Part shown: piece after piece, positions 27,155 through 36,455 of the stretch
How the letters are laid out: every line of letters starts with the position of its first letter
Numbering within the stretch: the first letter of the stretch is position 1
From: Candidatus Altimarinota bacterium
GTDB taxonomy: Bacteria > Patescibacteriota > Gracilibacteria > CAIRYL01
Assembly (NCBI GenBank): GCA_965250085.1
Contig: OZ252287.1
Coordinates: 1,216,001 to 1,280,000, forward strand
DNA length: 64,000 bases
Direction: 5' to 3'
The notes under the pieces: generated by a model
What the model was told of the DNA's origin: nothing
Seen by the model: the letters and a program-made list of their open reading frames with translations, nothing else
The model's database searches: none
Position numbers and translations under genes: made by a program

Positions 27155-28222
27155 CTATGAAACACTCTTGCAATATTCTTGCCCAGCTTCTGAAGAAAGA
27201 TTATCACAATATTCTTTTTTCTGCTCCTCCTGAGCTTTGGAGAGCCAGTATTCATCATTTTGAGCCGTGAGATCGTTCACACACCGGACTTGAAATGTTT
27301 CACTTTGTATTTTAGTGCAATAGGCAGTATCACGATGAATCTTAGCCGCATAATAATTCGCTTCATTTTCACACTGTACCCGAAGTTCTCCATCCAAAAA
27401 GTCAGCACAGTGCGCACTCTCCCCCTCCAGAAGACTAACAGAATCTTCTTCTCTTTTGATCAAAACCTTCATAGATTCTTCACATTCTTGCTGTGACCCT
27501 CTATCGGAAATGTTCAAACAAATGGTGGGATCTTTTTGTTCTGTGGCCTCTCTACTCCAAAAGTAATCATGACATGTCTCGATTGCACCTTGAGTCTTTA
27601 AACTACTACAAAAATCACGCGAATCAGCCAAAAGCAACCCTCTGAGCTGCAACGTATCAAAACAGGTTCTCTGATGAGAAGCGCTGGTGATCTCTTGGCA
27701 ATCCTGCTCAGTATCCGCGATCGATACCAGTGCATTCCCAGAAGATTGCAGACATTTCTCTTTCAGAGAAGCTCTAGTGATTTGAAGACATAAATCTGGC
27801 TTCTTTTGAGAGACAGCCGTTTCGTACAGGACCTGATCATTACAAAAAGCCTTGATTTGTAAATTTGCAATCTCTTTACAAAGCTCAAGATCCCTGTTTT
27901 TGAGGGCTGTATCCATGCGAATGCGATCAAAACATTCGCTTCTGAGATTCTTGTTTTCTATGTCATGACACTGAGATTCATCATTCGCCGCAATAGCTTT
28001 TTGAAATATTTGAATATCTGCTTGTTTTTCGAGTAATTCTGTACGCGACAATGACTCATCACTCTCAGATGGTTGTTGTGGCACTTCTGCAATTTCCGAT
28101 TCTGTAGAATCAAAATCATCATCTTGCATAGGAATTGCCAGTTTTTTAAGAGCAAATACCCCCCCTCCTATCAGGAGAATAATTCCGCAAACAGAGAGGA
28201 ATATTTTGAAAGAAGAAGACAT
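27155..28222 (-). CDS. Membrane-anchored protein with tandem helical Cys repeats (A....D...C..I......C)
   Basis: N-terminal TM; about nine two-Cys repeats of a type common in CPR/DPANN. ATG at 28222 chosen. Confidence 0.8.
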   Translation of the reverse strand: MSSSFKIFLSVCGIILLIGGGVFALKKLAIPMQDDDFDSTESEIAEVPQQPSESDESLSRTELLEKQADIQIFQKAIAANDESQCHDIENKNLRSECFDRIRMDTALKNRDLELCKEIANLQIKAFCNDQVLYETAVSQKKPDLCLQITRASLKEKCLQSSGNALVSIADTEQDCQEITSASHQRTCFDTLQLRGLLLADSRDFCSSLKTQGAIETCHDYFWSREATEQKDPTICLNISDRGSQQECEESMKVLIKREEDSVSLLEGESAHCADFLDGELRVQCENEANYYAAKIHRDTAYCTKIQSETFQVRCVNDLTAQNDEYWLSKAQEEQKKEYCDNLSSEAGQEYCKSVS

Positions 28223-28523
28223 TCTATGAGTGATGCGACAATCTTTTCGTGAATTGTACGACAAAAATATTACAAAAACAACGGAGCTATGAAACAGAAG
28301 CCATCTGCCAGCAAGAGAAAAGTCAATAATCACTGACGAATAAAGAATTCAAACCTAAGGATATAATTCCTCATTATTTTTTCGAAATATACATCCTCAT
28401 TAAGGATTCAAAATTCTTTGTTCCTGTTTTCTAAATCATTTCTTAAAAATTTACGCAATTTTCTTGCTTTACAAGAGAGGGTTTCATTCATAATTGATTC
28501 CCATTTTATATGTTTGGAGAATC

Positions 28524-31500
28524 ATGCGTCATATATTTTTTCTAATGGTCACCAGCTTGTTCCTCACTTTGCCTTTTTCAAATTCGATTGCAGAAACAGA
28601 AAATACACAAGTGGTGATTCAAGATTTTTCGGCGATCCTTCTCAATGAAGTAGATCTCACTGCAGAGTTTTTGGAAATCCGGAACTCCGGAGAAGAAGCA
28701 ATTGATGTAAACACTTTTCAGTTTTCAGAACTTTCTGCTGGCAACGAAAAGCGCCACAATTTTTCAGATTCTACAGATGAGCTTATTCTCGAACCTGAAG
28801 AGTTTTTGCTTCTGAATATGTCACGTCTTCTTAACAATACCGGAGAGACTATTCGTATATACTCCAGTGTGGAGAATGATAACCCGCTTCAGGAAGTCGA
28901 AGTTTTAGATCCAGAAACTGGAAAAAGTTTTTCTCGAGATACAAATGGTATTTTTCACTGGGGGGTCCCAACTCCAGGAGCAGAAAACATTTTTGACATG
29001 CCGGAATTGCCACCTGATCCAGAAGAACCGCCTAATCCTGCAAATGAAGAGTATATTCACATTCTTCTGAATGAAGTGGATTTACATGCAGAGTTCCTTG
29101 AAATTTTTAACTCTGGAGAAACAGCAATCGATCTTAGTGCCTTTGAATTCTCAGAACTTTCCGGTACTACTGAAAAAAGGCACTTGTTTCAAAACTTTGC
29201 CAGTGATCTTGTCCTGAATCCAGGAGAGTTTTTGCTTCTGGAAATGAGCTCCAAGCTCAACAACACTGGAGAAGAAGTCCAAATATATACCCACTCCAAT
29301 AGTACGATACCTCTTCAGACTGTGTTGGTGCCCAAACTTGATGAAGGCACTTCGTACGCACGTAATACTGCTGGTGAGTTTCAAAGCACTCTGGGTCCAA
29401 CACCTGGAGATAAAAATAGTATTCAAGTGCCTCCCACCAGTTCAGGAGGATCAAAAAAACCTTCCTCCAGGGGCAAGACAGCTCAGGATTTTTTTAAAAT
29501 TGTATCAGAGGCAAAATCCCTTTCCCATGAGAGAGTTGTTCTTCAGATTTCAGAGGTGGCATTCAAAGATTCCCGACATGACACTATAGAGATTTTTTGT
29601 GCTGGATGTGGAAAAAATGAAGAAACTATCGATCTCAAGGGATTTCGAATATTTGATGACAAAGTTTTTTTTGAGTTCCCTCCAGAGACGTTTGTGACGA
29701 CTGGAGATTATTTGATTCTGGAACTGAAAGCAGGAGAAGAACGTGTGCAAAAGATGCCATATGGATGGAAATTTTTTCTCACCAAAAGCGGACTCACTGG
29801 CACAGATGAAAATTTGATGATCATAGATTCCGCCGGATTTGTAGAAGATGGACTTTGCTGGACAGATCACAATGGAAAATTTTCTCCCGGCGAGAAAGAA
29901 GATATCGGATATATGCGTGCACGACGAGAATGGCTGCAAGGTCAGCAGAATCGTGAGAATGAATGTTTCCCTTCTCAGAGTATAGCGAGTGGAATTTCTG
30001 TTGCGCGAAGAAACGCTCAAGATACCAATACCTCTCATGACTTCTTTCCTACAAATACTTCAACATTTGGAGAGCCGAATTCAGATCCACTTCCGAACTC
30101 TGAGGAGACAGACATAGTGTTTTCTTCTGTTCTTTTTCTCCCAGAGCACAATATGACCTTGCTCAAAATTCAAAACAGAGGCGATCAGGAAACTTCCCTG
30201 GAGGGGTTCTACCTGTATAGAACTGGGAAGAAAAAAGAAAGTTTTTCAGATATATCCTTGAATCCACACCAGGAAACAACAGTGATGCTCAAAAATATTT
30301 CAGCATCTCTTTTGCTTGAACTTCAAGATGCTTGGGGAAATACAGAAGATTTTGTTTGTTTCCATTCACTAAAAACTCCTTTTGACATAGAAGAAATAGA
30401 TATTTTGCGGACGCAGTATATCAAAGAGCAGTGGTCATCCCTCAAAACAGAGGATTGTATTTTATCAGACTTTGCCGATGGAATTCTCAAAAGAGGTCAA
30501 CAGGATACAAACAGTGCAGCAGATTTTCTATTTTCACCTTTTACAAAACTGGAGATGAAAAACTTTTCCCCAATACAAATCACTGGAGTAGAGCCCAATC
30601 CTAAAGGAGAAGATAGCCAGAATGAATGGCTGGAAATTACAACTATTGAAGATATTTTGCAGTTGAATGATTGGATCCTTCTGATAGGAGATGATACCTT
30701 TTTTCTCCCCGATATGTCTCTTGCATCAGGTCAGACGCTTCGCTTCACTGCTGAGGACGGCTTGCCGGTATTGCGCAATACAGATGGGCAGATTCATCTC
30801 CTTTCACCAGAGGGCGTATTACATGAGATACACTGGAAATCAGCCAAGGAAGGAGCGGTGCTCAGAGCAAATGCGGGAGAGCTTTTTTGGGATGAAGTCA
30901 CCTCTCAAGACACGGTCTGGAAAGCTCCGATTTTTGAAATCACTTCTACGCCGATTACGGAACTCGAGATTGTCTCTGTCTTGCCCAATCCGAAAGGAAA
31001 GGATGTCGGCAATGAAACCATTAGTATCAAAAATATCTCAGGAGAGTCCGGAATAATAGAAAATCTTCAATTTTCGAATGGAAAGACCTCAAAAGAGATC
31101 CTTCGTATATTTTTGGAGAAAGATGAAATCAGAACTTTTGTAGGGAAAAAAATGGTTCCAACTCTCAAAAACACCGCAGGAGAAATTTTCCTCACAGATG
31201 TTTCTCAAAATGTGATGGACTCTCTTTCTTGGGTCAAAGCTCGCGACGGAGAGATATTTGGAAAAAGTGGATCTCTTCGACCACCCACCATTAAAAAGAA
31301 AAAAACATCTCTCAAAAAATCTTCCTCCAAGAGATCTTCATCACCCAAAGAAGATATTATTATTACTGGAATATTAAAATCTTTTTCAGAGACATCACTC
31401 TTTATCACACCCTCAGATGGGAGTATTCAAGAATTTTTCTTTGATGCAAAAAATCCTCAGCATATTTTTCTACTTTCTCAAGTGCTGCAAATAGGAGAAC

Positions 31501-31721
31501 CGATAGAACTTTGGCTTTCAGATACATATACCATATTGGATGTAAACACTACGTGGCAGACTCCATTCTTATTGGCCTCTTTATCACCCGCTCTATCGAG
31601 ATCGCCAAAACTTCTGAATAATTCTCTGTTTTTATTCCTCATGCTTTGCAGTGGTATAGGAGCGACTCTCAGCATGATTTTTATTTTTCTCAGGCGTCAG
31701 GAAAGCATAGAGGGGAAGTGA
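28524..31721 (+). CDS. Multi-lamin-tail-domain (LTD) surface protein with C-terminal membrane anchor
   Basis: Repeated LNEV...EFLEI.NSG...L.NTGE...PTPG and PNPKG.D..NE motifs; signal peptide; C-terminal TM. Confidence 0.85.
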   Translation: MRHIFFLMVTSLFLTLPFSNSIAETENTQVVIQDFSAILLNEVDLTAEFLEIRNSGEEAIDVNTFQFSELSAGNEKRHNFSDSTDELILEPEEFLLLNMSRLLNNTGETIRIYSSVENDNPLQEVEVLDPETGKSFSRDTNGIFHWGVPTPGAENIFDMPELPPDPEEPPNPANEEYIHILLNEVDLHAEFLEIFNSGETAIDLSAFEFSELSGTTEKRHLFQNFASDLVLNPGEFLLLEMSSKLNNTGEEVQIYTHSNSTIPLQTVLVPKLDEGTSYARNTAGEFQSTLGPTPGDKNSIQVPPTSSGGSKKPSSRGKTAQDFFKIVSEAKSLSHERVVLQISEVAFKDSRHDTIEIFCAGCGKNEETIDLKGFRIFDDKVFFEFPPETFVTTGDYLILELKAGEERVQKMPYGWKFFLTKSGLTGTDENLMIIDSAGFVEDGLCWTDHNGKFSPGEKEDIGYMRARREWLQGQQNRENECFPSQSIASGISVARRNAQDTNTSHDFFPTNTSTFGEPNSDPLPNSEETDIVFSSVLFLPEHNMTLLKIQNRGDQETSLEGFYLYRTGKKKESFSDISLNPHQETTVMLKNISASLLLELQDAWGNTEDFVCFHSLKTPFDIEEIDILRTQYIKEQWSSLKTEDCILSDFADGILKRGQQDTNSAADFLFSPFTKLEMKNFSPIQITGVEPNPKGEDSQNEWLEITTIEDILQLNDWILLIGDDTFFLPDMSLASGQTLRFTAEDGLPVLRNTDGQIHLLSPEGVLHEIHWKSAKEGAVLRANAGELFWDEVTSQDTVWKAPIFEITSTPITELEIVSVLPNPKGKDVGNETISIKNISGESGIIENLQFSNGKTSKEILRIFLEKDEIRTFVGKKMVPTLKNTAGEIFLTDVSQNVMDSLSWVKARDGEIFGKSGSLRPPTIKKKKTSLKKSSSKRSSSPKEDIIITGILKSFSETSLFITPSDGSIQEFFFDAKNPQHIFLLSQVLQIGEPIELWLSDTYTILDVNTTWQTPFLLASLSPALSRSPKLLNNSLFLFLMLCSGIGATLSMIFIFLRRQESIEGK

Positions 31722-31769
31722 CACTATTTTTATTCGGTATGTTATACTCATCCTACTTTTTTGCTGGAT

Positions 31770-32543
31770 ATGAAAGTTATTTCGTGGAATGTAAATGGAC
31801 TTAGAGCAGTAGAACGGAAGGAAGAACTGGAAAAATTTTTGCATAAATACGATCCAGATATTTTTCTCCTTCAGGAGACGAAATCAAAAGAGGAACAGGT
31901 GGAACCCATTACAAAAAAATATTCTGCATATCAGCAATTTTATCACTCTGCGGAAAAACCTGGCTACTCAGGAACAGGTATTTGGATAAAAAAAGAGAGT
32001 ATTTCCGGTGCTACATTCTCCTCTGGGATGCCCCATTTTGAAGACACAGAGGGACGGATTGTTCGTGTGGATTTTGAGAACACGACCATCTTTGGTGTAT
32101 ATTTTCCCAATGGTGGCAAGTCTCCAGAAGCATGGCAGGAGAAGCTCGTGTTCTATGATACTTTCCTCGCGTATGCAAATGCTCTTCGCGCAGAAGGGAG
32201 ACAAGTTATTTGGGCGGGGGATGTTAACTGTGCGCATGAAGAAATAGATTTAGCGAGACCCAAAGAAAATATGAATTCCATTGGGTTTCTCCCGGAAGAA
32301 CGCACATGGGTCAGTCGGGTTATTCATGAAGGATGGGAAGATGTTTTCCGTGCCAAATATCCGGAAAAGGTGATGTATTCTTGGTGGCATCTGATTTCCC
32401 GAGCTCGAGATAGAAATGTGGGATGGAGAATCGACTACTTCTTTGTAGACGAAGCACTCTATTCAAATGTTCAAAAAATTGAATATCTCAATGATCAGAT
32501 GGGATCGGATCATTGCCCTGTCACTCTTGAAATTGACCTTTAG
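31770..32543 (+). CDS. xth: Exodeoxyribonuclease III
   Basis: SWNVNGLRA, LQETK, GYSG, YFPNG, GDVNCAH, GWRIDYF, GSDHCPV. Confidence 0.96.
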   Translation: MKVISWNVNGLRAVERKEELEKFLHKYDPDIFLLQETKSKEEQVEPITKKYSAYQQFYHSAEKPGYSGTGIWIKKESISGATFSSGMPHFEDTEGRIVRVDFENTTIFGVYFPNGGKSPEAWQEKLVFYDTFLAYANALRAEGRQVIWAGDVNCAHEEIDLARPKENMNSIGFLPEERTWVSRVIHEGWEDVFRAKYPEKVMYSWWHLISRARDRNVGWRIDYFFVDEALYSNVQKIEYLNDQMGSDHCPVTLEIDL

Positions 32544-32581
32544 AATTATCCCCCCCTAAAGAAGAGGGTTTACCCTTAATT

Positions 32582-33349
32582 ATGAATAAATCAATTGATA
32601 CCATAGCGCTCCTCACTCTTCCTTTTCTGTCCGGAGCATTGTGCCTCTTTTTCGACGCCAATCTTCTTGTACTCACACTCTTCTTTTTTGGACTCCCTGC
32701 ACTTTTGTTGAGCGTACGACAACCCACACATATCAAAAAGGTACTCTTCTTTTCACTTGTTACCGCAATACCTGTTGCCATCATTATAGATTACCTCTGT
32801 GTTGCCGACCAATCATGGTATGTATTTGAGAGTGTCTTTCCCAGACTCTTTGGAAAAGTAGTGGTCGAAGACATACTATGGCTTGTACTTATGACCTATG
32901 ACATTTGTTTCTTGAGTGAATATTTTAAACAAAGCCATTCTCAAATTCATAAGCACATTACTCGTATCGCCGCAATTTTTGGGATACTTCTCTTCCTTTT
33001 CCTCGCATTCGTATTTATGAGCCCCGAAACATTGCAAATACCATATGCATATCTTTGGATAGGTCTTTTGTTTGTAGTGCTTCCAATTATTCTTTTTCTT
33101 CCTCAATTCCCTCAGTTTCTAAAAATATTTATTACTATATCTTTTCTTTTTATTCCCACATTACTTCTTGCTGAGCTCACAGGACTCAAATTAAATTTGT
33201 GGGAGTTCTCTGGGGGGCACCTTTTGGGACATGTATCACTTTTTGGACTCTCTTTCCCCTTTGAAGAACTCATATTTTTTATTATTCTCTCTATCTCAGC
33301 AACACTCTCATACTATGAATTTTTTGCAAATAATCCTCATAAAGATTGA
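32582..33349 (+). CDS. Integral membrane protein, lycopene-cyclase-domain-like (two repeats)
   Basis: Two units of D/E....W...G...(V/F)E(D/E) within TM helices. Confidence 0.6.
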   Translation: MNKSIDTIALLTLPFLSGALCLFFDANLLVLTLFFFGLPALLLSVRQPTHIKKVLFFSLVTAIPVAIIIDYLCVADQSWYVFESVFPRLFGKVVVEDILWLVLMTYDICFLSEYFKQSHSQIHKHITRIAAIFGILLFLFLAFVFMSPETLQIPYAYLWIGLLFVVLPIILFLPQFPQFLKIFITISFLFIPTLLLAELTGLKLNLWEFSGGHLLGHVSLFGLSFPFEELIFFIILSISATLSYYEFFANNPHKD

Positions 33350-34068
33350 AAAATATCACCCCTTTTACTGGCTTTCCTCCAGAACTTCTCAAGTATTATC
33401 GAGATATTGAAAAGAATAATAATCGTACTTGGTTTCATTCACATAAGGATGAATTCAAACAATTTGTTATGGATCCAGCACGAGCGTTTGTTTCTGAAAT
33501 GGGTGTCAGACTTTCAAGTATTTCCCCATATATTTACGCTGAACCAAAAGTAAATAGATCTATTTTTCGGATTGCTCGTGATGTTCGCAGAAATAAAAAT
33601 AAACCTCCATATAAAACACAACTTTCTCTGATCTTTTGGGAAGGAGGATTTGGAAGGCTTGAATGCCCTGGATTTTACGTCGCTATTGATCCCAAAGAAA
33701 TTCACATTGGGGCTGGAAGTTATTGGTTTCCCAAAGAAGGTCTGCACGAATTTAGAGATTCACTGGTACATAAAAAATATGGGAAAGAAATTACACATAT
33801 CAAAAAAAACTTAGGAAAAAAAGGATATGAACTCAAAGGAAAGCACTACAAAAGATATCCTCGAGGTTTTTCTGAAGACGACATGAATGCCGATCTCCCG
33901 CTTCACAAAAGTCTCTACATCTACCACACCCAAAAACATACAAAAATACTTCATACCCCCGATTTTGTAGATTTTATTTTTGAAAAATTTGCTGATGGAG
34001 CAGAGCTCCATCATTGGCTCGCAAAAATGATTGCGAGAGCGAGAGAACAAAAACAGAAAAGAATTTGA
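33346..34068 (+). CDS. DUF2461 (TIGR02453) family protein
   Basis: NNNRTWF..HK, IFRIARDVR..KNK.PYK, PGFY, LKR.PRGF-like motif. Confidence 0.88.
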   Translation: MKNITPFTGFPPELLKYYRDIEKNNNRTWFHSHKDEFKQFVMDPARAFVSEMGVRLSSISPYIYAEPKVNRSIFRIARDVRRNKNKPPYKTQLSLIFWEGGFGRLECPGFYVAIDPKEIHIGAGSYWFPKEGLHEFRDSLVHKKYGKEITHIKKNLGKKGYELKGKHYKRYPRGFSEDDMNADLPLHKSLYIYHTQKHTKILHTPDFVDFIFEKFADGAELHHWLAKMIARAREQKQKRI

Positions 34069-34117
34069 ACTCAGTTTTTATATATGGTAAAACCTACGAT
34101 GATTTCACCTGTACTGT

Positions 34118-34342
34118 ATGCGGTTTCAAAACTCTGAAGAACTCGTACTCGATCTTCCTGAAGGAATCTCAGTAGAGCATTTAGCTGAATTGTTACAAAA
34201 ATCACTCGAAGATGGAATTTTATCTCTGCACACAACTGAAGGAAAATCTGTAGCGCTCGAGTTTTCCGCAGAACACAAAGAAGACGTCAAAGACGCACTG
34301 AAGGAGCTTGAAAATTTAGATCAGCTTTCATTACCACTGTAA
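34118..34342 (+). CDS. Small acidic hypothetical protein
   Basis: 74-aa ORF co-oriented with upstream genes, protein-like composition. Confidence 0.6.
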   Translation: MRFQNSEELVLDLPEGISVEHLAELLQKSLEDGILSLHTTEGKSVALEFSAEHKEDVKDALKELENLDQLSLPL

Positions 34343-34691
34343 AATCAATTTTTCAATGTACAATGTACAATTTGCAATGATTCTTTCGCGCGCATATCAT
34401 TGCACATTGTTAATTATTAACTGAGTATTTGTTCTATTTACTTCCTGCTGGAGTCCCTCGCCAAGTGGGGGACAGCGACCAACAAAGAAAGATACAGCAT
34501 GTGCTCATTTTGTGCGTTATTTACTGGTAGGGGTTCAAAATTTTGAACCCCTACGTCTGCAAACTGACTCATATTTAAACTTCACAACTCTATAAAATCA
34601 ATTTTTCAATGTACAATGTACAATTTGCAATGATTCCTTCACACGCATATCATTGCACATTGTGAATTGTTAATTGAGTATTTGTTCTATT
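34340..34691. repeat. 99-bp imperfect direct repeat (34340-34438 and 34593-34691) including the queG 3' end
   Basis: Manual alignment gives 6 mismatches; each copy has CAATGTA-type heptamers in inverted arrangement. Confidence 0.92.
34527..34554. repeat. Perfect 28-bp GTAG-type REP palindrome
   Basis: GTAGGGGTTCAAAA|TTTTGAACCCCTAC. Confidence 0.9.
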
Positions 34692-35761
34692 GCCCATTCG
34701 GCATGTTCTTTGAGTATGCTGTCTTTTTCTCTTTGAAAAACTTCTTTGAGCAATGGGAGAAACTTTTTATTCCCCGAGTTTCCAGCTACCACGCAAGCAT
34801 TACGGATCATGCCGTTTCGTTTTGCACGCATAAGAGGTGAGCCAGCAAAACGTTTTACAAATTCTTCCTGAGTTTTTATTTGTAGAATCTCAGGAATCAA
34901 GACTTCTGTTCCCGCAATTTCTCTTTCCAAAAGAGGACTCTGTACTCCTTTTTGACGGGGAATATTGTATGGGCACACTTCTTGACAGATATCACATCCA
35001 AAAATTCGATTGCCTATCTTTTTTCGCAACTTTTTTGGAATCGATCCCTTATTTTCAATTGTCAGATATGAAATACATTTGCGAGCATCTATCTGCTTAG
35101 GAGCAACTATCGCTCCGGTAGGACAGGCATCTATACATCGAGTGCAACTGCCACAAGAGAGTTTGGAAAAATCCAATTCCTTTTCATTGACTACTTTTGC
35201 ATTTTTATTTTTTGGTTTGCACGGAATCAATTGCGTCGTAAACACACACCCTATGAGAACCCATGAACCTGCTTTTTTTGTAATCAAACATGTGTTTTTT
35301 CCCACGAATCCAAGTCCAGATTTTTGAGCCCACATGCGCTCAAGCACAGGGTGTGCATCAAGTGAAATACGAAAATCATTTTTTTCTGCATCTGGAAAAA
35401 ATTCGGCGTGCACAAACTCTGCAAGTTGCAATAGCATTTTCTTAATGACTCTATGATAGTCTGGACCAGCAGCATATCGAGCAATTTTTCCAACCTCTTT
35501 TTTACTTTTGTACGCACGAAAGTAAGGGACAACCCCCACTATGACAGACTTTACGCCAGGGAGAAACTTCTGAGGATCTTTACGGATCTGTTGTGTGTCT
35601 TTCATATATTTCATATCAGCGCTATAGCCCTTATCTATCCATTGATTCAAGAGCATTCCTTCTTCTGGAATATCTTGTACCGAGCATACGCCGATTTCTG
35701 AAAATCCAATTTTCTTTGCTTGATTTTCTAATGCTGGCCAAAATGCCTCCATTTCTTTCAT
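34670..35761 (-). CDS. queG: tRNA epoxyqueuosine(34) reductase
   Basis: IARYA.G.DYH, LER.WAQKSGLGFVGKN, CGSCTRCIDACPTGA, CISYLTIE, GCDICQEVCP. Confidence 0.96.
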   Translation of the reverse strand: MKEMEAFWPALENQAKKIGFSEIGVCSVQDIPEEGMLLNQWIDKGYSADMKYMKDTQQIRKDPQKFLPGVKSVIVGVVPYFRAYKSKKEVGKIARYAAGPDYHRVIKKMLLQLAEFVHAEFFPDAEKNDFRISLDAHPVLERMWAQKSGLGFVGKNTCLITKKAGSWVLIGCVFTTQLIPCKPKNKNAKVVNEKELDFSKLSCGSCTRCIDACPTGAIVAPKQIDARKCISYLTIENKGSIPKKLRKKIGNRIFGCDICQEVCPYNIPRQKGVQSPLLEREIAGTEVLIPEILQIKTQEEFVKRFAGSPLMRAKRNGMIRNACVVAGNSGNKKFLPLLKEVFQREKDSILKEHAEWAIEQILN

Positions 35762-35795
35762 TCGTAATTGGTAATTCGTAATTGGTAACTTATAA
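35761..35795 (-). repeat. TTACNAA heptamer array running into the queG start codon
   Basis: Minus strand TTATAAG TTACCAA TTACGAA TTACCAA TTACGAA TG. Confidence 0.85.
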
Positions 35796-35825
35796 TTCAA
35801 TTGTATTCTGTCCAAAAACGAAAGA

Positions 35826-36455
35826 ATGAACAAATCAAAAGACAAACTTCGTATCGCTGTTCTGGCATCAACTTCAGGAACAGATCTTCCAGCAATTTTT
35901 TCGATGGATCCACATAACTATAAATTTGTTTTTCTCCTCACCAATAAAAAACATGCCACCTGTCGCCAAAAAGCTCAGAAATTTAAAATCCCTGATATTT
36001 TCTTGAGTGCCAAAAACAAGGAGCGAGAAGAATACGACTCTGAAATCCTCAACCTTCTTCAAGAGAAAAAGATCGATCTTGTGATTCTGGTAGGATGGAT
36101 GAGATTGCTTTCCAAAAAATTTGTAGACGCATATCAAAATAAAATAATGAATGTGCACCCATCACTCCTCCCCGCATTTGCTGGAGGAATGGATACAAAT
36201 GTACACAAAGAAGTTCTGAAATCGGGAGTTACTACAACCGGCGCCACTATTCATTTTGTGACTGAAGAGCCAGATGCAGGTCCTATCATTCTTCAAAAAG
36301 AATGCAAAGTACTCCCAGATGACACTCCAGAATCACTCAAAGAGCGTGTCCAAAAGCTCGAGCAAGAAATGTTTCCTGAAGCAATTGAGATGTTTCGACT
36401 CGGAAAAATTATGAATCAGGAAAAGAAGGAGCGCGAAGAGCTCTCAACTGAGTAA
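35826..36455 (+). CDS. purN: Phosphoribosylglycinamide formyltransferase
   Basis: AVLAS..GT.L, LVGWMRLL, NVHPSLLP.F.G, TGATIHFV...DAGPII.Q. Confidence 0.93.
   Translation: MNKSKDKLRIAVLASTSGTDLPAIFSMDPHNYKFVFLLTNKKHATCRQKAQKFKIPDIFLSAKNKEREEYDSEILNLLQEKKIDLVILVGWMRLLSKKFVDAYQNKIMNVHPSLLPAFAGGMDTNVHKEVLKSGVTTTGATIHFVTEEPDAGPIILQKECKVLPDDTPESLKERVQKLEQEMFPEAIEMFRLGKIMNQEKKEREELSTE

Noticed and set aside
34340-34691. DGR template/variable repeat pair
   Set aside because: Mismatches are not adenine-specific on either strand, most of the repeat is non-coding, and no RT is present.
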